From: Candidatus Zhuqueibacterota bacterium
GTDB lineage: Bacteria; SM23-31; JBHPGK01
NCBI GenBank assembly: GCA_042570605.1
Contig: JBHPGK010000002.1
Location: 1-58,780, forward strand
Length of the DNA stretch: 58,780 nt
Reading direction: 5' to 3'
The notes below the pieces were generated by a model, which worked only from the letters and a program-made list of their open reading frames with translations, was not told the origin of the DNA and did not search any database. The position numbers and the translations under genes are program-made. This document shows positions 17,595 to 26,400 of this stretch, one piece after another (the stretch's first letter is position 1; each line of letters opens with the position of its first letter).

Positions 17595-18509
17595 TTAGTG
17601 GATTCTCTCTTTAAAACTTTGTGCAATTTTTTCTGCTTTTACTTTTTCCGTACCAATTACAATAATAATATAATTTGAAGCTGAATTGATGAAAACAGGA
17701 TCCTGTTTTTTATCGATCACAAACATATTGCTTCCATCTTTGGAAAAATCGGTGAAATCACCACTGTTTTTGAAAAAGTCAGCCGAATTTTTATATTTCT
17801 CATTACACAGTGTTTCATTATCATATTCAAATATGAGTATTCTCTCTGAATCGTATTTCCCATACAAGCCCTTTTTTACATTAAATATATTCCCGGGAGC
17901 ATACTCATAAATATTAAATAAGGCTAAACCGCCTTCAATATACTTGATATGCTGTGAACTTGAAAATTTATCCTGAAATCTTTCTGCAATGTCAGGTTTC
18001 TCACCTGATACTTCAATTTTGCCGGCAATAACTTCTGCGATTTTCACCAGCCCGTCAAGTGTTTCTTTTTCAGAATCAAATCCGATCAGAGTAATAACAT
18101 AATCCCCTTTCCAGACATTCAGGTAATAGTCATCTAAAACTCCGGCATCACCGATGTCCACCGGTTTTCCCTTTTCACTGATCTTAAATGAATACATTCC
18201 ATAAGCACTTGCATTATCGGTCATCTGATAGAGTTCAAGATTCATTGACTTGCCGTTACTATTTTCAAACGACTGACCGGCAGCCTGTTTGAAACCATAC
18301 TCAAGGTATATTTCAGCACCCCCGTTAATGAATTCAAAAAGTTCATCTCTTTTAAACACCTGAGCATCATCTGAAATTTTCCAGTCTCCGGTTTCACCGG
18401 TTTCCGGTAAAACAGATAAAATATTATCAGAGTTATTTGATCCATCCCCGCAAAAACTGATAAAAATCATCACAATTAACAAAAAAGTAAAAAAATATCT
18501 TAACTTCAT
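17595..18509 (-). CDS. Hypothetical exported protein/lipoprotein
   Basis: Signal peptide ending ISFCGDG. It contains ELFEFINGGAEIYLEYGF, a motif I associate with an uncharacterised DUF family. No catalytic motif is recognisable. Confidence 0.5.
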   Translation of the reverse strand: MKLRYFFTFLLIVMIFISFCGDGSNNSDNILSVLPETGETGDWKISDDAQVFKRDELFEFINGGAEIYLEYGFKQAAGQSFENSNGKSMNLELYQMTDNASAYGMYSFKISEKGKPVDIGDAGVLDDYYLNVWKGDYVITLIGFDSEKETLDGLVKIAEVIAGKIEVSGEKPDIAERFQDKFSSSQHIKYIEGGLALFNIYEYAPGNIFNVKKGLYGKYDSERILIFEYDNETLCNEKYKNSADFFKNSGDFTDFSKDGSNMFVIDKKQDPVFINSASNYIIIVIGTEKVKAEKIAQSFKERIH

Positions 18510-18551
18510 AAATGTCCTTTGGTGAGAAATTAATATCGGTAAAAAAAGAGA

Positions 18552-19505
18552 TCAGATTTCTATTTCTTTAATATTAACCTTGTTCAGATCGATTTCACCG
18601 AGTTTGTATTCAAAGGCTTTTTTAATATGTACTACATCAGTTCCTTTGAGACCTAATAGAGTGGCGCAGTAAGAATCAACTGCTACCCTGTCAACACCGG
18701 CTACTACCTTCATCGGCTTGATAATTTCACCGGGTCCAAAAGGACCATTTGTTGTTATAAACTCGGTAGCATCGACAACACAAAGATCGGGTTTAACAGT
18801 CAGATTTAGATCTGCAATACAGTGATCCAGATGTTTAATCGCTTCAACATCTTTTGTCCAGTTTGCCTTGTGGAAAGACCTGTTACTTTTTCCTAAATTC
18901 AATCCCATTAAGTTTTTTAAGGTGCCCGTAAACTTATTTCCGGCATGGTCTTTAGTAATAGGCACATTTATAAACACATCATTTGCCAGAAATCCTTCAA
19001 TAATAAATGCCTCTTTAAGAACTTTGTCATCTCCAATAGGGATGGATTTAAACTTTGATTCATCCTGCCGGTCAACATAAATATAGTTTGCGCCCTCTTC
19101 TTGTACTACTTTGAGCAAACCTGTACTTTCCCAATTCCCTTCTGCAAGCTGACTGATGCAATTTACCTCTTTTGCCCCGGCGTCTTTACACATTTTTATT
19201 ACTGCGCGAAGAACTTCAGGTTTGGTATAAGCTCCGGGATTATTTCTCTGCGGATTAGCCAGAACTGCAACTTTTGAGCCTTTGGGGACAAATTTCTCCA
19301 TGCCTCCAAGCTGTTCTACAGCTTTAACAGCATTTTCAAAATAATTCTCACCTTTAACTACAGACACATCGACTTTTGCTGAACCATAAGCTATTCCTGT
19401 TTTACTTTTAAAGGCACTTGGTATGATTGCTCCACCAATCACAGTTGATGCTCCCGCAGCAGCAGTTTTTTTAATAAATGATCTGCGGCTTATCTTTTTT
19501 GCCAT
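18552..19505 (-). CDS. Tat-signal DUF362 domain protein
   Basis: SRRSFIKKTAAAGAS twin-arginine signal. DHAGNKFTG..KNLMG, VVDA..., and VVAG.DRVAVD blocks are typical of DUF362. I prefer the ATG at 19505, which has a GAGG 7 nt upstream. Confidence 0.65.
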   Translation of the reverse strand: MAKKISRRSFIKKTAAAGASTVIGGAIIPSAFKSKTGIAYGSAKVDVSVVKGENYFENAVKAVEQLGGMEKFVPKGSKVAVLANPQRNNPGAYTKPEVLRAVIKMCKDAGAKEVNCISQLAEGNWESTGLLKVVQEEGANYIYVDRQDESKFKSIPIGDDKVLKEAFIIEGFLANDVFINVPITKDHAGNKFTGTLKNLMGLNLGKSNRSFHKANWTKDVEAIKHLDHCIADLNLTVKPDLCVVDATEFITTNGPFGPGEIIKPMKVVAGVDRVAVDSYCATLLGLKGTDVVHIKKAFEYKLGEIDLNKVNIKEIEI

Positions 19506-19724
19506 TGATAGCCTCACTTTTTTTGATTAGCAAATAAAAATATTACTTCATTTTAACAAAAAATAGAAATTTATTTATGCAAAATCAAGCTTAATAATTC
19601 ACTTTATTTTTATCAAAAATTAAGTCTGGAAATAATTTAGTATAATTTCATGATTTTATGAAACTTACAGCTGTTTTTTTCGTCTTTAAATTATTGATAA
19701 TATTACAGAAACGAGGAGATTGAG

Positions 19725-20726
19725 ATGAGAATAAAGTTTTTATCATTGATGTTATTAACATTAATTTTCTGTTCAAAAAATACCAATTCCCCTGAAGAAT
19801 ATGAAGGAGACGCTAAATTCAGAATACTTGCTCTTGACAATAATAATGAAGCTTACGCTTCCGGAATGGGAAAAATAGTTGTTGAATTAAACGAAAATAA
19901 GGGTAACGGAAATATTGAACCTGTTGAAAAAACTTTTCTCATATCTCTTAATGGTGCAGGTGTCGGGGAATTTGTTTTCAAAGGACAAGACCTGGCTGAT
20001 CATAATGATAATATTAAAATAAAAGAAGTCTCGGTTCTTAACCATGTATTTGAAGAGGTTGGAAAAACGGAAAGCGAAATCATAGTCGGTTTTGGTAAAA
20101 TGATTTACGAAACTGTCAATCTCGATGTTGAGTGCAAAAATGTTTTCTGGGAAAGGCTTGATTTTAGAAGAGAATTTGACCTTTCTGGTATTAAAGTTTT
20201 AATTATTGTAGGCAGAGATTTCGATTATAATGAGTGTATGTATATTTCCAATTACCTTGAATATTACGGTGCTGAAGTAAAAATTGCAAGCTGCCTTGAA
20301 ACAATTCAGGGGCATGACATAGATATACCACCCTTGTCTCCAATTATCTACACTAATTATTCCATTACGGTTGATATTCTCCTTGATGATGTAAATCTGG
20401 ATGATTATGACTGTTTATTCTTTCCCGGCGGCAGCGGTCCTGCGAACATGCTGAATGATTACCCGCAGATAACTGACCTGGTGGTTAGTGCATATAACAA
20501 AAATATTCTTATCGCAGCTATATGCCATGGACCCCTGGTACTTGCGGAAGCCGGGATCCTGAATGGAATACAGGCAACAGGGTATGAGGATACCCAGGAT
20601 ACAATTGTAAACAACGGCGGTATTTATGTAACCGAAAAAATCGTGGTATCAGGAAGAGTAATTACCGGAAACTGGCCTTACTTCAATACAATGGCAACAA
20701 CGATCGCAGAGCACTTACAAAATTAA
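19725..20726 (+). CDS. Exported protein with a C-terminal DJ-1/PfpI domain
   Basis: Signal/lipobox-like LTLIFCS, an N-terminal domain of about 150 aa of unknown fold, then a FFPGGSGP ... AAICHGPLVLAEAG nucleophile-elbow Cys-His of the DJ-1/PfpI family. An AGGAG RBS is present. Confidence 0.7.
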   Translation: MRIKFLSLMLLTLIFCSKNTNSPEEYEGDAKFRILALDNNNEAYASGMGKIVVELNENKGNGNIEPVEKTFLISLNGAGVGEFVFKGQDLADHNDNIKIKEVSVLNHVFEEVGKTESEIIVGFGKMIYETVNLDVECKNVFWERLDFRREFDLSGIKVLIIVGRDFDYNECMYISNYLEYYGAEVKIASCLETIQGHDIDIPPLSPIIYTNYSITVDILLDDVNLDDYDCLFFPGGSGPANMLNDYPQITDLVVSAYNKNILIAAICHGPLVLAEAGILNGIQATGYEDTQDTIVNNGGIYVTEKIVVSGRVITGNWPYFNTMATTIAEHLQN

Positions 20727-20812
20727 TATCATTATTTTCTGGTTAATTTTAAAATTGAGATTTTTATCAGGTAAACCGGGATCAAAATGAAAAAGTAAAA
20801 TAGATAGTCAGC

Positions 20813-20849
20813 GTCATTCTGAATGTAGCGCAATGAAGTGAAGAATCTC
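20813..20849 (+). repeat. GTCATT...AATCTC hairpin repeat unit (37 nt)
   Basis: gtcattctgaatgtagcgcaatgaagtgaagaatctc is a paralogue of 5643-5679. Confidence 0.8.
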
Positions 20850-21050
20850 TTTGTTCATTTAGTCTTCATAAAAGCAGCATGTATCTTCACATTTGACGGC
20901 TTCACCGAATCCGCTTTAAGTGGTGTTCTTCACCACGTCCTTCAGCACCAGATACTGTTTATTCCCAACTTTACAATATTTTATATTTCTTGATTTTTTA
21001 ACCATAATATGTATATTTCTAAAAACCAACTTTTTTCCAAAGGGGTATAT

Positions 21051-21434
21051 ATGGAAAAACATGTAAATATACTTGGAGTATTATATATAATTGTCAGTGC
21101 TTTTCACCTGTTTGCTGCAGTTATCGTATTTGTGATCTTATTCGGAGCCGGTCTCATATCTGCCGATATGGAAGCTCTTACCATTACTACAATAGTAGGT
21201 TCGGTAATAGCCGCTATCATAATATTTACATCCTTACCGGGATTGATTGGCGGCATAGGACTTCTGAAACTGAAGAACTGGGCACGGATCCTTGTTCTAA
21301 TACTGGGATTCTTCAACCTGCTTGCAGTACCTTTAGGGACAATTCTCGGTGTATACACGCTCTGGGTATTATTGAATAAAGATGCAGAACAGGTTTTTCA
21401 GCAGAACCTAAGTAAGCAGGAAGAAAATCTTTAA
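21051..21434 (+). CDS. Small membrane protein (4 TM), function unknown
   Basis: 127 aa counted from the ATG preceded by AAGGGG. It has four hydrophobic helices and no recognisable motif. Confidence 0.55.
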   Translation: MEKHVNILGVLYIIVSAFHLFAAVIVFVILFGAGLISADMEALTITTIVGSVIAAIIIFTSLPGLIGGIGLLKLKNWARILVLILGFFNLLAVPLGTILGVYTLWVLLNKDAEQVFQQNLSKQEENL

Positions 21435-21473
21435 GATTTAATATATTTTTTTACGCTTTGCTAAAAGGTTTTT

Positions 21474-22499
21474 CTAAAATTTGTAATAAAATGTTAATCT
21501 TGGAATTAAATCTGAACCTGGTTTATAACCACTTTCATTTTCCTGATAAAATACTGCTTCAATATTCGGTATAATATGAACATCTTTACCTGCGTTAAAA
21601 TCAAATCCCGCAATTATCAAATTTGATTTAGCTTTTTTACTAATGAGTATATACGATATTTTTTCATCAGGATCCGGATCATAATTCTTATCAAACCGGA
21701 AATAAATCCATACCTTTTCTGAAATCTTATTTGCGCCAAATATTGAGACCAATTTCATTTTCTGGTCATCAGTGTTTGGGCCTATTCTCCTTGACTGCAC
21801 TGTATATTGGAAACCAGACCTGAAAGTCTGACCTTTATATCCTAAAAATCCCTGTAAAGTTGTTCTTCTCTTTCCCTGTGCCTTATCTTCAACATCGAAA
21901 TATCCTTCAATTACCAGCCCGGAATTAAAATGATAAGACAGGGCTGTCATGAGTTTTTTACCTTTTTTAACTTCAGGCTTACTGCTGCTTCCGTTTCCGA
22001 ACATTATATGGTATTGAAATTTATTATCCGGATCAAATGATCCTTTAAATGCAAGTCCGAAATCCCTGGATGGACCAAGCTTGTAAAGATCAACAGGTGC
22101 TTTTTCAACAGAACGGTACCCCCATACATTTTCTATAAGACCAAATGTCGGTGTTGGTGATATTCCAAAAATTATTGAGTTATTGCCTTTCGCATATTCC
22201 AGGTAAGCATCTTTAGCTTTAGCAGACAAAGAACCGGAGGTCGTAAAATCCCCTGCACTTGCCATTTCGAAACGGAGTCTAACTTTAAATTCACTGCTGA
22301 TTTTCCTGTCAAAAGTGAAATAAATTCTTCTGAACCGGAAGCCGTTTGCACCCTTTAAATCACCGTCATGATTTTTCATAACATAATAATAATCACCAAA
22401 CATATAACCGCTGAATTTTGGTTTTTCCTGAGAATAAGCATTAAAATATAACGATATTATCATTATTAACGATAAGCAGTGCAGACTAAGTTTTCTCAT
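21474..22499 (-). CDS. Outer-membrane beta-barrel porin-like protein
   Basis: Signal peptide, alternating amphipathic beta-strand pattern, aromatic C-terminal ...TFYYKF. It resembles phosphate-selective (OprO/P-like) porins. The ATG at 22499 has an AAGGAG RBS. Confidence 0.55.
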   Translation of the reverse strand: MRKLSLHCLSLIMIISLYFNAYSQEKPKFSGYMFGDYYYVMKNHDGDLKGANGFRFRRIYFTFDRKISSEFKVRLRFEMASAGDFTTSGSLSAKAKDAYLEYAKGNNSIIFGISPTPTFGLIENVWGYRSVEKAPVDLYKLGPSRDFGLAFKGSFDPDNKFQYHIMFGNGSSSKPEVKKGKKLMTALSYHFNSGLVIEGYFDVEDKAQGKRRTTLQGFLGYKGQTFRSGFQYTVQSRRIGPNTDDQKMKLVSIFGANKISEKVWIYFRFDKNYDPDPDEKISYILISKKAKSNLIIAGFDFNAGKDVHIIPNIEAVFYQENESGYKPGSDLIPRLTFYYKF

Positions 22500-22576
22500 C
22501 AATTACTCCTTATAAACTCTATTTAATTTAATCTCCATAACTCCAAACGAACGGAATTTTATTTCCCTCACAGTTA

Positions 22577-23110
22577 TCAAAACCATACTCTTCCAAATAT
22601 TTTACTCATAAACAATGCTAATAGTCCCGCAATCGGCGGGAAGAAAAAAGTACATGCCAGACGCAAAGCAGTAAATTTCCAGCCGAGTATCCCAATTTCC
22701 ATCGGCAGCCTGCCAATAGCCCAGAGTGACCAGCTTGTTAGAAATGCGACCATAGTGCCTGCACCGGCACCTGATTTTAAAAGCCCTGCAACCAGCGGGA
22801 GGCTGACATATGGACCTCCCGGGGTAAATCCTCCTGCTATAGTACCAATAATTATCCCCTTGATCCCGGATTCTGCACCAACCCATTTCGTTAAAAGGTC
22901 TTTTGGCAGAAGAGTCTGTACCAGCCCGGCAACTATAAATGCAAAAACGAGCAAAGGGATTATCTCTATTATCATTTTATATGCTGCTTTTAATCCCGTC
23001 ACATGCTGTCCTTCACCATTTTTTATAGCGATAACAAACAAAACTGCGGCTAATACCGCCATTATTATTGTTGGTATTACCATTTGAGATTTTCCCTTTT
23101 TTTTGGTCAT
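22577..23110 (-). CDS. Small permease-like membrane protein (half-size UPF0718/ArsP-like)
   Basis: 177 aa with about 5 TM. The G-rich segment IGTIAGGFTPGGPYVSLPLVAGLLKSGAGAGTMVAFL resembles predicted-permease families. Confidence 0.4.
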   Translation of the reverse strand: MTKKKGKSQMVIPTIIMAVLAAVLFVIAIKNGEGQHVTGLKAAYKMIIEIIPLLVFAFIVAGLVQTLLPKDLLTKWVGAESGIKGIIIGTIAGGFTPGGPYVSLPLVAGLLKSGAGAGTMVAFLTSWSLWAIGRLPMEIGILGWKFTALRLACTFFFPPIAGLLALFMSKIFGRVWF

Positions 23111-23290
23111 GATTTGATCCCTGAAAAAAACTTAAACAAGTGTTTAATGAAAATAAATCCAGGTTTTTTGAACTATTTAACTAATTAGTTTGTTAATGAA
23201 TATTACTAAAATTATTGAATAATTCAAGAGATTTTCCATGAATAAAAAATCTCAAAAACTAAGATAAATTTTGTGATTATCTATAGATTT

Positions 23291-23306
23291 TGTGATACAG
23301 GTCACA
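23291..23306. promoter_or_regulatory. Perfect CRP-type palindrome TGTGATACAGGTCACA in a divergent promoter region
   Basis: Exact TGTGA-N6-TCACA, 167 nt upstream of the giant-protein start and 181 nt upstream of the divergent permease. ATTTTGTGAT occurs twice (23268-23277 and 23287-23296). Confidence 0.35.
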
Positions 23307-23472
23307 TTTTTTTATCTTGAAATATTTTATATTAAGAATGAGGGTTATTATAAAACAATTTTCAGACTTTTGTAAAAATTTTGACAAAAAATTAGAAAAG
23401 TGCTTCGGATTTTATTAAATTAGTTAAGTCTATCCTTTAAATTTTCGATATATAGAAAAAGGAGTTTTTTTT

Positions 23473-26400
23473 ATGCTAAGTATACACAAAAGGATTTGTG
23501 TCCTGTTCGGCATTTTTGTATTCTTTTCCCCCTCCCTAATTTTTGCTCAGAAATGGACTACAAAAACTTCTATGCCCACTGCCAGAAGGGATTTAACCGT
23601 AAGTGCAGCAGGAGATAAAATTTATGCAATCGGTGGTTTAACACCTTCTTATCAATACAGCACAGCTAATGAAGAATATGACCCTTCTTTAAACAGCTGG
23701 ACATCAAAAGCATCAATCCCGGTATCATATTATTATTTAAAGAGTGATACAGTTGGTGGTAAAATATACGTTGTCGGGAGAGAAATCCCCATATCTGTAT
23801 ATGAATATAATCCATCAACAAATACCTGGACTGCAAAAAGCGGTACGACATCCGACAGAAGTGAATATTCTCTCGCTTCCGCAAACGGGAAGCTGTATAT
23901 ATTCGGAGGCTACGATAACAACCAGACCCTCGATACTGTCGAAGAATATGACCCTGTATTAGAAACATGGACCACAAAGACATCCATGCCAACTCCAAGG
24001 TCAGGGGCTGCCGCAGTGGCATACAATGGAAAAATATATCTGGTTGGTGGAGAAAGAACAGTAGGATTCATTTCAGTATTTGTTGATTCGGTTCATGTTT
24101 ATGACCCGGATACAGATAGTTGGGAAGCTAAAGGACCAATTCCAACATCCAGAAGGAATCTGCAGGCGCAGGTTGTTGACGGGAAGCTTTACGCAATAGG
24201 TGGTTACTCAGAAAGCTATGAATCCACCGTTGAAGAATTCGATCTCGTATCTGAAACCTGGGCTGTTTCAGACACAATGCTCACTGCAAGAGAATCTTTC
24301 GGTACAAGCATTGTGAATAACAAAATATATTCTGTTGGAGGTATTGGAGGTGCCAGTTCTTCAATATTATCAACAAATGAAGAATTTAATCCTGCAAATC
24401 CGCATGTACCTTTAGGGCTTACTGCTGTGGCTGATGACGGGGAAGTAAATCTTATCTGGAACAGCAATACAGATACGGATATTCTGCAATATAACATATA
24501 CAGAAGTACGACTAACGGTTTTTCACCTGTACCCGGCGATTCCATCGGGAGATCTTTCCATCCGGATACTACTTATACTGATAATTCAGTGAATAATGCT
24601 ACCACGTATTATTACCGTGTTGCTTCTATTGATTCAAATTTTAATATGAGTGATTACAGCAACCAGGTAAGCGCAACACCAAGAGATACGATACTACCTG
24701 ATGCTCCGGCTAATTTAGCTGCTCAGCCTGATTATGAGATAGTAACACTCACCTGGGATGCTAACTCTGAACAGGATCTAGATTATTACCAGATTTACAG
24801 AAGTCTGATACCGGGCTTTACTCCATCTGTTTCAGATTCAGCCGCAATAGTTCTGAAACCGGCTACTTCTTATATAGACAGCTTTTTAACTAATTACCAG
24901 ACCTATTATTATGTGATCTCGGCTTTTGACAGCAGCGGTAATGAGAGCAGTTTCAGTTCAGAAGTAAACGCAACACCATTTGATTCAATAGCTCCGGCGA
25001 TACCACAGAATTTAACCGCGACCGGTCAGCACCACCAGGACAGTTTACACTGGAATTTTGTATCCGATGCTGATCTTTATTATTATAAAATATATAGAAG
25101 CCAGACAGGCGGATTCACACCTTCATCATCTGATTCAATTGGAATTATTTTAAAACCGGATTCAACTTATATAGATACTGTAGTAATTCCCGGGCAGACT
25201 TATTATTACATAGTATCAGCAGTCGACAGTAATTTTAATGAAAGCGGCTTCAGTAACGAAGCTTCAGCAGTACCGATTGATACATTAGCCCCTGGAATAC
25301 CTCAAAACCTTGCGGTCACAAGTGGAGACAGGTTCCTGGATTTAAGCTGGGATTCCAATGCTGAATCGGATATGTTTTATTACACGATTTATAAAAGCAG
25401 GACAAACGGCTTTACACCTTCCTCCTCTGACTCAATTGCAGCAATTGTTTTCCCGGATTCAACTTATAGAGACAGCACCGTTCTTGTGGATTCCACCTAT
25501 TATTACGTAATAGCTGCAGTTGACAGTTATTTTAACCAGAGTGATTTCAGTGCTCAGGCATCCGGAGTACCTTATGATTCAACCGGACCTGCTGCTCCGC
25601 AGAACCTGACGGCAACCGGCGGTCAGGACCATATAGCTCTCGTATGGGATCCAAATACGGAAAATGATCTCTTAAAATATATTATATACAGGAATACAAG
25701 CTCCGGTTTCAATCCCTCATCTTCAGACTCAGTTACCGTTGTTTTCTACCCGGATACAACATACAATGACAGTTCAGTAATAAACTACACCACTTATTAC
25801 TATAAGATCGCAGCAGTTGATAGTTTCAACAATATAGGTACATTCAGCAATGAAGCGAGTGCTTCATCATTTGACACTTTAGCTCCGGCTGCACCCCAGA
25901 ACCTCGCAGCATCAAGCGGCAACAAGCAGGTCGATCTAATATGGGATCAGAATACGGAACCTGATATGCTTTATTACGTAGTTTACAGAAGCCTGAATAA
26001 TGGTTTCACGCCGACTTCAGGTGATTCGATCGGGGTGGTTACATTTACAGATACAACATATACAGATAACAGTGTATTTAATGATATAACATATTACTAT
26101 AAAGTCGCGGCTGCAGACAGTTCGTATAACTATAGTGATTTCAGCAACCAGGCTTCTGCAACACCTGCTCCTGTAACAGATTATACATGGCAGACAAAGT
26201 CTCCGATGAATAATGCGAGGTCAGGTCCCATTTCAGGTACAATAAACGGAAAAATATACACTGTTGGCGGGTGGACCGGTGCTGCAAGAACACCGGTGGT
26301 TGAAGAATATGATCACGAAACCAACACCTGGGCTGCAAAAACTTCCATGATCTCAGACAGGGAAGATTTTGGAGGAGATGTTCTTGATGGACATTTATAC

